From Candidatus Altimarinota bacterium (GTDB lineage: Bacteria; Patescibacteriota; Gracilibacteria; JBDHUY01), in the NCBI GenBank assembly GCA_039809385.1, contig JBDHUY010000012.1, forward strand, positions 1 to 64,000: a stretch of 64,000 bases of DNA, given 5' to 3'. The notes beneath the pieces were generated by a model. That model had not been told where the DNA came from. It worked only from the letters and a program-made list of their open reading frames with translations, and did not search any database. The first letter of the stretch is position 1, and every line of letters starts with the position of its first letter. Both the position numbers and the translations under genes were made by a program. Below, piece after piece: positions 17,819 to 26,951 of the stretch.

Positions 17819-19909
17819 TTATTTCCAAAAAGTTAATTCCTCCAACTTTGCCCACTCAATAAACTTCTCCGCCACCCCATCCATCAACTCGCCATTTTGA
17901 TTATGCAAATCATGATCGAGAATCATATGACTATGCTTATCCAGCCTTGCCTCCCCATTCGCATTCTTCAGGAAAATATAATCCCCCGAATTATCCTTCC
18001 CCGACTTTTCCGAAACCGCAAAGAAAATCGGATAGTCAGCCTTTCTCGGACATAACGGACCTGCCTTGGGATCATCATTCCATTTCTGCACAAAAAGCAC
18101 ACTCGTCTTTGTCCCCGTATGCGGCTTAAACGTATTCACATGCAACCCCACCACCGCCAGGATTCTCGCCCTTTCAGCAATATACTCCCGAATATCCTTA
18201 TCCGACGTATTGTTGAAACGCCCCTGCGGCAACACAATCGCCATTCGTCCCCCCGGTTTAAGAAAATTCAGATTCCTTTCAATAAACAAAATATCCCGTC
18301 CCACTTTTGACTTGGGCTTTCTCTTTTCATTATAACCAAGATCGTATTTGTGAATAATACGAGATTCTTTGATATCCCCGGCAAACGGAGGATTCGCCAT
18401 CAAAATATCGAAATTAAATTCCTTGTAAGAAGTCGGATCTTTTCGAAGGGCTTCCAATCTTTTTAATCCAGCACCGTACACTTCCAGCCACTCACGATTT
18501 TGAATCGTTTCATGCCAGCGGTCATAATCGAGATTATTCAGATGTAGCACATTCGTGTTTCCATCTCCCGCGATCAGATTCAGCGTACGAGCTACCCGTA
18601 CCACTTTTTCATCGAAATCAATACCAAATACCTTTAATACATCCTTTTTCTCTTGCTCCGAAATATCCGTGTTTTCAAACAAATGTCCGGTAATATGGAA
18701 AATCGTATGAACGGTAAACCCGCAAGAACCGGCGGCTGTATCAATCATATACTCGCCGGCTTTGGGATTGAGCATTTTGACGCACATATCGATCACATGT
18801 CGCGGCGTAAAATATTGCCCCTTTTCGCCCCGCGCTGACTTATTGACCAAATACTCAAAGGCCTCATCAATAACCTGAAGGTTGGAGTTAAACAGTTTTA
18901 TATTTTGGATATACGAAACAACGGTAGATAGATGCGATGACGAAAGCTGAATCTGACTGCTGCTGTCAAATACACCCGGCCATTTCTCTTTAGCTTCATC
19001 AAACAGCTTTTGAATCTTCTTTTTCAACTCCGCTTCGGACTGGCCGGTATTTCGAAACTCCAAAACTCGAAATCCTGAATCATCAATGGCTGCAATATCG
19101 TCTTTCAGCGTATCATGCGAACGTTCTACTTTGCCTTCATAAGGCACAGTTGGCTGGGCAATCGTAATACCTTTCTTGCTTTTCAATATGCGATTAATAA
19201 ATTCTTTATCGGCGCGGCTTTCAGATTCATCATATAATTTCGCAAATATCAACTTAAACACCTCTTCAAAAACATCTACCCCCGCATTCGCCAGCACTTC
19301 GTCTTCCATTTCTTGAATAATAGTCTTGAGAGACTTTCCTTCGTTGGGAATCTTGTCTTTGATAATCAGGTCTTTGAGCGTAAAACGCTCTTGTAAAATA
19401 TCCGCAAGTGTTTGATCGGCTTTGGGAATATCGGTAATGTCCTCAAAATAATTGGGGTCTTTGCGATGATAATGAGAAATCTGACCGCCATTCGTCCATA
19501 CGGCTATGGGTGCTCCCGTAGCATTGGTATAGGACCGCAGCTGGCTTTTTCCATCCTGCAGTTTCGGCTTTTTTACTTCGACTATAATATATTCGACCTC
19601 CGGGCGATCTTTATCCAATATCACGATATCGGCCGATTTAATCTCGCGACCAAAATGCACCGGACGCTCTAATCTAATCCTTTCTTTGGGATAATTATAC
19701 TCCTGTACTATTTTCATGACATACAGCTGACGAACAATCTCCTCGGGTTTCAGCAATATCTCTTTGTCACGAATGATACACGAAATATAATATTTCCCTT
19801 CCCGGACAATGATTTTTTTCTCAAGTGCATGAGTAAGTTCCGGATCAAACAAGGATAAACTATAGCTTGAGTCTTTTATGATAGCATGGAGTAGCTGGGA
19901 GTCGGGCAT
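17819..19909 (-). CDS. Fused restriction endonuclease (HsdR_N-like) + N6-adenine methyltransferase, Type IIG/IIB-like
   Basis: N-terminal PEEIVRQ...ADIV...IVEVKK...QLRSY; GQYFTPR, motif I DTAAGSCGF, motif IV NPPF. Confidence 0.9.
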   Translation of the reverse strand: MPDSQLLHAIIKDSSYSLSLFDPELTHALEKKIIVREGKYYISCIIRDKEILLKPEEIVRQLYVMKIVQEYNYPKERIRLERPVHFGREIKSADIVILDKDRPEVEYIIVEVKKPKLQDGKSQLRSYTNATGAPIAVWTNGGQISHYHRKDPNYFEDITDIPKADQTLADILQERFTLKDLIIKDKIPNEGKSLKTIIQEMEDEVLANAGVDVFEEVFKLIFAKLYDESESRADKEFINRILKSKKGITIAQPTVPYEGKVERSHDTLKDDIAAIDDSGFRVLEFRNTGQSEAELKKKIQKLFDEAKEKWPGVFDSSSQIQLSSSHLSTVVSYIQNIKLFNSNLQVIDEAFEYLVNKSARGEKGQYFTPRHVIDMCVKMLNPKAGEYMIDTAAGSCGFTVHTIFHITGHLFENTDISEQEKKDVLKVFGIDFDEKVVRVARTLNLIAGDGNTNVLHLNNLDYDRWHETIQNREWLEVYGAGLKRLEALRKDPTSYKEFNFDILMANPPFAGDIKESRIIHKYDLGYNEKRKPKSKVGRDILFIERNLNFLKPGGRMAIVLPQGRFNNTSDKDIREYIAERARILAVVGLHVNTFKPHTGTKTSVLFVQKWNDDPKAGPLCPRKADYPIFFAVSEKSGKDNSGDYIFLKNANGEARLDKHSHMILDHDLHNQNGELMDGVAEKFIEWAKLEELTFWK

Positions 19910-20201
19910 ATATCAAAATAACTCGAAGTAATTTATACAAATTATATCCTAGCTTTTTTCATATGCCTTTGCAAAAAATCGACCCTAAGAAAATTTTATT
20001 AATACCTCTCCTTTGGGCCTAATGAAAATCATAACTCAGTTACAAAGCATAGTAAGCATCAATTTATCCAATTTTTTAAGGACGCTGATTACAAGAAAGC
20101 AAATTCCCTTTTACCTTCCACAAGCCCCCATCACCCCTATTGCTTCCTCTAGTATACTATAATATACTACAAAGTACCATCTCTACTATAGTACAATATA
20201 C

Positions 20202-21623
20202 ATGAATCCTGACCTCGTCCCCTATCTTCAGCAACAGATCCGCACCGCCGACCGGCGGCTGCGCCGGTTTACGCATGATCCGGGCGGCAAAGCCTATCCG
20301 GGCCGCTTCATCTTTAAAAAAATCGAGAAATATATCAACGACTTTCTGCTCAAAAAAGCCGGCCCAAAAATGGTCATTATCCCCGGTTTTCGCGGGGTAG
20401 GCAAAACTACCCTCATGGCCCAGATCTGCCGTACCTTTCAAACCAACCATCAAACCCTCTTTCTTTCCGTCGAGGATGCCAAAAATCTCTTTGACGTCGG
20501 GATCAGCGAGCTCATGACCGCGTACGAGAGCATCCTGGGCCAGGATCTGGAAAGCGTCACCACCCCCATCCTGATCTTTTTGGATGAAATCCAAAGCGAT
20601 CCGAAGTGGTCGGTAACGCTCAAGTCCCTGTTTGAAAAAACGAGCAACGTCTTTTTTTGCTGCACCGGTTCCTCGGCCGTGATGCTCCAGACCACCAGCA
20701 ACCTGGCCCGCCGCGCCGTGTTTGAAAAAATGCCGCCGCTGTGCTTCACCGAATTTGAGATGATCAAAAACAATATCTATCCCGTTCCGGGCCTCAAAGA
20801 GAACTTGCGTCAAGCTGTTTACTTTTCCGCCAACGCCGATCAGGCCTACCAGCATTTAAAAGAGCTCCAGAAGGACGTTCATCAATACTGGATCAAAGCC
20901 GACCGGCACGATATCAAAAAATTCGTTTCGTACGGCACCCTGCCCTTTTCGTTCATGATGCCGAACGAAGTCGCGGTCTACGATTCGATCTCGCTGCTCC
21001 TGGACAAGATCATCAAACTCGACCTGCCCGCTTTAGGGAGCTTCGATATCCAGACGCTGGGGGCGGTCAAACGCATCCTCTTTGCCATCGCCGAAAACGA
21101 TACCACCAGCCTCAAATTGCTCGAAGAACGCTTTGGGATCAACCGCCTCACCATCGCCAATATCTTCGACGCGCTTGAAAAAGCCGAGGTGCTGATCCGC
21201 GTCCCGGCCTACGGTTCGAATATGACCGTGGCCAAAAAACCGGTCAAGTACCTGTTTATGACCCCAGCCATCCGCATGTCCTTTTTCTACTTTACCGGCC
21301 AGGAAAATACCTACCTCAGCCGCCAGGGCAAGCTATTGGAAGATCTGATCGGGTCGCATCTCTACCGCGAATTCATCGTCCGGAGCCAGGGCGCGATCCG
21401 CTACGACAGCGCCCAGGGCGGAGCCGATTTTATTTTGCAGATCCAAAACAGCAAACAACTCATCATCGAAGTCGGCCTGGGCAGCAAAGACAAAAAACAG
21501 ATCCTCACCAGCATGAAAAAGATCAATTCCGACTACAACCTGATCTTTTCAGCCGCTTCACTTCAAATAGATCAAGAATCAAGAACAGTGTCGGTTCCGC
21601 TGGAGTATTATTTGTTGATGTGA
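20202..21623 (+). CDS. AAA_14 ATPase with DUF4143-like C-terminus
   Basis: Walker A GFRGVGKT, Walker B FLDEIQ, TGSSA, C-terminal ADFIL...IEV. Confidence 0.85.
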   Translation: MNPDLVPYLQQQIRTADRRLRRFTHDPGGKAYPGRFIFKKIEKYINDFLLKKAGPKMVIIPGFRGVGKTTLMAQICRTFQTNHQTLFLSVEDAKNLFDVGISELMTAYESILGQDLESVTTPILIFLDEIQSDPKWSVTLKSLFEKTSNVFFCCTGSSAVMLQTTSNLARRAVFEKMPPLCFTEFEMIKNNIYPVPGLKENLRQAVYFSANADQAYQHLKELQKDVHQYWIKADRHDIKKFVSYGTLPFSFMMPNEVAVYDSISLLLDKIIKLDLPALGSFDIQTLGAVKRILFAIAENDTTSLKLLEERFGINRLTIANIFDALEKAEVLIRVPAYGSNMTVAKKPVKYLFMTPAIRMSFFYFTGQENTYLSRQGKLLEDLIGSHLYREFIVRSQGAIRYDSAQGGADFILQIQNSKQLIIEVGLGSKDKKQILTSMKKINSDYNLIFSAASLQIDQESRTVSVPLEYYLLM

Positions 21624-21683
21624 GGATAGCGAAAAACGGACGTTTCTATCCATCATTTCAGTCGTCGACAAATTGTCGGCAAC

Positions 21684-22742
21684 TCAATTGTTTATTCTTT
21701 TTGACGTGCGCACAGTCTTTTCTTTCTTCAAAGCACCTTTCAACATCTTTTTCACCTCTTTCTCAAAATCCGACTCCACCACCTGCGTCCTATTAAACAC
21801 CTCATATTCATCCAAAGCCTTTTGGTGAGCCCGCTCCATCGAAATCTCCCCGTTGCCGTGCAGAATACGATATTCGTTAAAGCTCAAAAACTTATTCACG
21901 CTCTCCGCAAATTGAGCCATCGTAAACGTCTGGTGATTCTCGATCACATTTTCAACATAATCAAAAAAAGCCGAAACCGTGCGCTCCAGTTTCTTAATAT
22001 CCTTTTCAGACAAATAATTCTTGGCCACCTTCACATCCGAAGCCAGGACCCGACTCCCCGGCCCTCCTTTCCAGGTCGTCAGGCCCATATGCTCTTTTGT
22101 GCTATCGGCATGCGTATAAATAATCTCCGCCGCCGTCTGGCCAGTGATGGCATAGTGAAATTTATTTTGCACTGTAGCAAAAAAATCCTTCGTTACCGCC
22201 GAATGCGGATCATAATCGGTACTGCATTCCGCAAAAATATCCGTGATCTGCAGATAGATCCTACGCTCGCTCGCCCGGATCGAACGGATCCGCTCCAGCA
22301 ATTCGCGGAAATAATCTTTCCCGAAAAAACGCTCCCCCTGCTTCAAGCGTTCGTCATCCATCGCAAAACCCTTTATCATATATTCCTTCAAAACCTGGGT
22401 CGCCCAGATCCGAAACTGCGTCGCGCGAGCGGAGTTGACCCGGTAACCAACGGAAATAATCGCATCCAGATTATAAAAATGAGTTTCATAGGATTTCCCG
22501 TCATTGGCAGTTATTCGAAATTTTCGAATAACTGAATCCTCCTGTAATTCAGCACTTTTAAAGATCTCTTTGAGGTGATAGTTAATGGTATTCACCTCTA
22601 CTCCAAACAATTCCGCCATCATTTTTTGGGTGAGCCACAAACTTTCATCTTGCAAAAAAACTTCAAGCTTCACGTCACCGTGAGGCGTCGTATAGAAAAT
22701 AAAGTTCGACAATTGCGTACCGGCAGCGTTGCTTTTTACCAT
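21684..22742 (-). CDS. Virulence RhuM family protein
   Basis: WLTQKMMAELF, YNLDAIISVGYRVNS.RATQFR.WAT, RIRSIRASER. Confidence 0.92.
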   Translation of the reverse strand: MVKSNAAGTQLSNFIFYTTPHGDVKLEVFLQDESLWLTQKMMAELFGVEVNTINYHLKEIFKSAELQEDSVIRKFRITANDGKSYETHFYNLDAIISVGYRVNSARATQFRIWATQVLKEYMIKGFAMDDERLKQGERFFGKDYFRELLERIRSIRASERRIYLQITDIFAECSTDYDPHSAVTKDFFATVQNKFHYAITGQTAAEIIYTHADSTKEHMGLTTWKGGPGSRVLASDVKVAKNYLSEKDIKKLERTVSAFFDYVENVIENHQTFTMAQFAESVNKFLSFNEYRILHGNGEISMERAHQKALDEYEVFNRTQVVESDFEKEVKKMLKGALKKEKTVRTSKRINN

Positions 22743-22942
22743 AATGATCTCTTACATATAAAAACTCCGCCTCCTGATTCTAATCTTGTTTGAGGCTCTT
22801 TGCAAAGCGGAGAGATAAGAAAAACCTAAAATCGATACCTACTTTTTTGCAAAACCGATGCGCTTTATGGAAACACATCCAAACTGGGAGTGGGAAAGAT
22901 TTTTCCCACTCCCAGTTCATTTTTTTGCATACGAAGAAACGT

Positions 22943-23230
22943 CTAATGTATCTGAAAAATCTCCCGTCTTCCCGTCAGGTACATCTCGGTATACCCGCTC
23001 ATCTTCTTGGCCGTTTCGGGGTCCATATTCTTATACGACTCTCCCATCTTTTGCCATTCCTCCAGATTCTCAACCGTCATTTCCATCACTACCGTATTGT
23101 ACGGTCCCACCAGATCGGTCATGATCCGGGTTTTGCCCAGTTCCTCGGGGCTGGAAACCTCCTTCATCAGCTTCACGAACTTGCTCGCCTGGCCCGGCTT
23201 GCAGGTAAAGATCTCGCGTACTAAGAGCAT
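22943..23230 (-). CDS. Small NIPSNAP/dimeric alpha-beta barrel-like protein
   Basis: VREIFTCKPGQA...RIMTDLVGPYNTVVME...GRREIF. Confidence 0.6.
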   Translation of the reverse strand: MLLVREIFTCKPGQASKFVKLMKEVSSPEELGKTRIMTDLVGPYNTVVMEMTVENLEEWQKMGESYKNMDPETAKKMSGYTEMYLTGRREIFQIH

Positions 23231-23553
23231 AGGGAGAAAAAGTGAGAAAATAAAAACGACAAACAGTCAAAAGAAGCAATCCTCTTTATCCGCTTCTGCT
23301 CTTCCTCCATTTTGCAGGTATTTCGAAAGAAATTTCTCCTGTGAGACAGTCTACTATAATCCGCGCACTCTGGCAAAACCTCCGCTGGTTTCCTGTGAAA
23401 GAATCCGCGGTCTTGATAAACAACAACTCATAATCGTTGTCATGACACGTACGTGAGGAGACGTCAATCGAAACTCCCAGACCGGCTTGGCCCGGGAGCC
23501 AAATTTTTCTATGCTGCTAGCGTTGGCGGTATTTTAAAAATTTATAAATTTTT

Positions 23554-24246
23554 ATGACCTATTCTGTCGAGTCCGCGGAAAATTTTTCGGTGCCGCAAAC
23601 ACCTATGCTTTCTACAGCCGATACCGATCTTCTTTCCGGTTTTCGGGGGAACTTTCACCGTATCGTGGCTACCCTCGCGCTGCTTGCCACACCACTTGCT
23701 CCGGCCCTCCCCGCTGCCGCCCATCCGCTCTCTACTCACGACGCTGTCGCAGTTTCAAGTCCCGTAGCGGATAAAACTCTGGCCGAGAACAAAGAACGAA
23801 AAAAACTTACCGCGCAGCAAAAAGAAGAACTTGGTCAAACGCTTGGAGCCGAGTTTCTTCAAAAATATCCGCAGTACCGCCCTTATTCCATAGGACAGAT
23901 CGATGGAGGGAAGACCCTGATTGTCATCTTCATAAGCGGCTCTGATAAGCTCAATGTTCCCGACACACGGGTCGCGGTACTCCTTCACAAACTGGATCCT
24001 AAAAAAGACGAAGACCCAACCAAATACTTTCTGGATGCAGCCTATCAGCCGGGTCAGTCTACCCTGATACATCAGATCGTTCTGGCGGGCAAGAACCCGG
24101 ATGGGAAATCGTGGGAACTCTATTTACCTATGGATGCTTCGACATTAAAAACACAAGGCTCGAATATTACAACAGTACCTTCTGCTTGCCAAAATCCTCC
24201 TTGCTTCAGAGGGAGTCCCATTACGAGCCTCAAGGACGACAAATAA
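23554..24246 (+). CDS. Hypothetical secreted protein
   Basis: Hydrophobic Ala/Pro-rich signal-like segment; no recognisable domain. Confidence 0.55.
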   Translation: MTYSVESAENFSVPQTPMLSTADTDLLSGFRGNFHRIVATLALLATPLAPALPAAAHPLSTHDAVAVSSPVADKTLAENKERKKLTAQQKEELGQTLGAEFLQKYPQYRPYSIGQIDGGKTLIVIFISGSDKLNVPDTRVAVLLHKLDPKKDEDPTKYFLDAAYQPGQSTLIHQIVLAGKNPDGKSWELYLPMDASTLKTQGSNITTVPSACQNPPCFRGSPITSLKDDK

Positions 24247-24352
24247 TAATATAAAACGTGGCTCCTGTATCGAGCCGATTGTTGGCGTTATCTGGTTTAC
24301 CCTGCGCGCAAAATACGCTACCATACAATATTGTATCGTAGCTTTTTTGCCA

Positions 24353-25234
24353 ATGCGCAGACCTCCCGAACATACTTCACCTGAATCCGGTATTATCCGG
24401 ATAGATCTTCCTACCGAGCCCCAAATTATCGGTGCGATTCGTAACCGATTGCTCCAGCGTCAAGGTCAGGAATTTGTACGCAAAATCATCAATGCGGTTG
24501 AAAAGAAAGAATTTCTCCGGAAGGATTTTAGCATCACCCAGTCGCCCGACCAGCGCTACTACCGTATCTTTCATCCCCGTCTGTCGGAATTCTTGGAGGA
24601 AACACCGTATATCTTGGATATAGGTGCCGAAGGCGACACGAATACCTTAGCGAGTTTTCATCCTTGGACACGCTATACGACGGTGCCATTGTTTGTAGAG
24701 CATTTCTGCGATCAATTCCTGCTGTCGATCGGTTTTTTCGATACTGCCAAGCAACAAAATTCCTGGATCCTGCGACCGATCGAATATGAAGAGTTGGCTG
24801 CCCGGAGTATTTTCAATATAGCCAAAGATCTGGAATTGTTACCGCCCCAGTCCGTTTCGCCGCAAGGCTTATCGTCCGATCAATTCGATTTGATCCGTCT
24901 CGATTGGCAGCTATCCCGGGATGGAGAGTGGATTCATATCCCCAGTATTTCGTTTTCCAGCGCGACGCGGCGTTCCGCTACAACCCCAAGCCGTGGCCAG
25001 ACGCCGCACCGTTTTCGCGAATTCCAGTTTGCCCCTATCACGGAAGACCAGATTAGAGAAGTCTTAGCGAGCCGGGAAGGGGTCATATATCCTACCTATC
25101 CGACCGACGGTAAAGCCACGCTCCTGCGCCTTTTCAAGCCCGACCCGGTAATAAACGCGATCTTTTATCCAACGTTTGAACCTCAAGAGCAGCAACAGAT
25201 TTTCCGGAATGAGATCCTAAAGCAGATTATCTAA
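24353..25234 (+). CDS. Hypothetical protein
   Basis: ~290-aa ORF, no recognisable motif. Confidence 0.55.
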   Translation: MRRPPEHTSPESGIIRIDLPTEPQIIGAIRNRLLQRQGQEFVRKIINAVEKKEFLRKDFSITQSPDQRYYRIFHPRLSEFLEETPYILDIGAEGDTNTLASFHPWTRYTTVPLFVEHFCDQFLLSIGFFDTAKQQNSWILRPIEYEELAARSIFNIAKDLELLPPQSVSPQGLSSDQFDLIRLDWQLSRDGEWIHIPSISFSSATRRSATTPSRGQTPHRFREFQFAPITEDQIREVLASREGVIYPTYPTDGKATLLRLFKPDPVINAIFYPTFEPQEQQQIFRNEILKQII

Positions 25235-25412
25235 ATTCGTATCGATACAGTGAAGCTTCTCTCTTTTTTTCAAGACCTTCTTTTTTCCGAGTTCGTGAGA
25301 TTAAAAAGCTATCTGAGAAGTTTTCTTTGCCGTAGTTTGCCCCCGAATAGAGTATAAAAGACAATAAAGGCAACAACTCCGAGAACATATCTGTTAGTAA
25401 ATATTTGAAATA

Positions 25413-25479
25413 AGATGTAATAATATTTTACATCTACCATGTAATTATATTTGACATGTTTTTGAAAAAGCCTTATGCT
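25413..25479 (+). promoter_or_regulatory. Promoter plus two TGTA-N9-KACA operators of the second XRE-Panacea operon
   Basis: AGATGTAA-N7-TTACATCT (25413-25435); second site 25440-25456 overlaps the -35; TTGACA-17-TATGCT. Confidence 0.65.
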
Positions 25480-25509
25480 GGATACAGCATATATGATAGC
25501 CTAATTTTT

Positions 25510-25680
25510 ATGGCAAAAAATAAACCACTAGGTGACAATGCGAGAGTAGGAGCGGTGAGAAACAGATCTCAGTTTAAAAACCCAGTAACAGATTTGTGGG
25601 TAAAAAGAGACGATATAACGGGCCAGTTTATGGATAACAAAACCTCTGGCGGATTTTTCAAAGGAGTAAGAAAAAAATAA
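25510..25680 (+). CDS. Small basic hypothetical protein (56 aa)
   Basis: MAKNKPLGDNARVGAVRNRSQFKNP...WVKRD...GQFMD...FKGVRKK; first gene after the promoter. Confidence 0.7.
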   Translation: MAKNKPLGDNARVGAVRNRSQFKNPVTDLWVKRDDITGQFMDNKTSGGFFKGVRKK

Positions 25681-25703
25681 CTGCTTCATCATCAAAAACC
25701 ATC

Positions 25704-26489
25704 ATGCTTTACCGATACACACTGCTTCTCAAAAAAATGAGAACCCGTTTAGGATTCTCACAGGATTTCGTCGCAAAAAAGATCGGAGTATCCAGACCGA
25801 CCTATATTCAAATCGAAAATGCCAAGACTGAAATGACTCTATCCCAAGCCGAAATAATATCGGACTTGTTTGGCATTTCTTTACAAGATCTCATGCAAGG
25901 AAAAGAGCCTTTGACATACAGGGTCGTGCTTGAGAATGAGAAGAAAAAAGATCAAAAAAAAGAGGAGATACGAATCAGCGTTCCGCAAAGAAACGTGAAA
26001 AAGTTCAAAGAAATTCTACTCTATATCTTGAGTAAAGTCGGGGCAAAGCCAAACGTAGGAGAAACGGTATTATACAAATTATTATACTTTATTGATTTTG
26101 ATTATTACGAAAAGTTTGAAACGCAACTGATTGGTGCAAAATACATAAAAAATCACCACGGACCTACTCCGGTAATGTTCCAGAAGGTGGTTGATCAAAT
26201 GAAGGAAAATAATGAGATTGAAGAAGTAAAGAGTAAATACTTTCAATATGATCAAAAGAAATTTCTTCCTCTCAGAAAGTCAAACCTGGCAGACTTCTCG
26301 GCTCAAGAATTGGAAATAATCAACGACGTATTACGTCGCTTGTCGGATAAAACAGCAAAAGAACTCAGTGAATACTCACATAACGATATCCCATGGCTGA
26401 CAGCCGAAGCGGGAAAAGCTATTGATTACGAAGCTGTCTTCTATCGGACCGATCCATATTCTGTAAGAAAATACGAAGATGGAGTATAG
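25704..26489 (+). CDS. XRE HTH + DUF4065 (Panacea) antitoxin
   Basis: HTH_3 N-terminus; KPNVGETVLYKLLYFIDFDY...HGPTP...SHNDIPW. Confidence 0.85.
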   Translation: MLYRYTLLLKKMRTRLGFSQDFVAKKIGVSRPTYIQIENAKTEMTLSQAEIISDLFGISLQDLMQGKEPLTYRVVLENEKKKDQKKEEIRISVPQRNVKKFKEILLYILSKVGAKPNVGETVLYKLLYFIDFDYYEKFETQLIGAKYIKNHHGPTPVMFQKVVDQMKENNEIEEVKSKYFQYDQKKFLPLRKSNLADFSAQELEIINDVLRRLSDKTAKELSEYSHNDIPWLTAEAGKAIDYEAVFYRTDPYSVRKYEDGV

Positions 26490-26853
26490 GCAAACACTCG
26501 AGTTTGAAAAAGAGTTCAGGAGACTGTGTCGCCGCTTTCGCTCATTGGAAGAAGATTTAGAAGGAGCGAAAAGAAATGCAATTGAGTTATATCACATACT
26601 CCAAAAAAACAATAATAGCATATTTCCTATTCCTGGGTTCTGTTTTGATGATATCCTCATTTGCAAACTGAAAAAGTTTGCCTGCAAATCGTTAAAAGGA
26701 CGCGGGGTTCAAAGCGGAATACGAATTATCTATGCTTTCTATCCCGAAACAACGAGCGTTGAATTTCTTGAAATATATTTTAAAGCCGACAAGGAGAATG
26801 AGAATAGAGAAAGAATAAAAATGTACTTAAATCGATCTTGGAATAAAGGATGA
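26479..26853 (+). CDS. RelE-superfamily toxin
   Basis: EFEKEFRRL, KGRGVQSGIRIIYA, EIYFKADKENE; overlaps the antitoxin stop. Confidence 0.75.
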   Translation: MEYRQTLEFEKEFRRLCRRFRSLEEDLEGAKRNAIELYHILQKNNNSIFPIPGFCFDDILICKLKKFACKSLKGRGVQSGIRIIYAFYPETTSVEFLEIYFKADKENENRERIKMYLNRSWNKG

Positions 26854-26951
26854 TTCAATATAGGAAGAAATTTGATCTTGGTAATTCGCCTTAGCATCTC
26901 AGCATATAACAGCGGTTAATTCCAGTAACCAACTGAGGATTAAACTTCAGT

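Noticed and set aside
20157-22535. Long antisense ORFs (20157..20855, 21822..22535, also 29008..29724 and 36985..37665)
   Set aside because: Opposite-strand shadows of well-supported genes, with no motifs.
11016-26900. tRNA-anchored integrative element or prophage
   Set aside because: No integrase or phage genes, and I found no duplicated tRNA-Gln 3' end; called only a defence/TA island.
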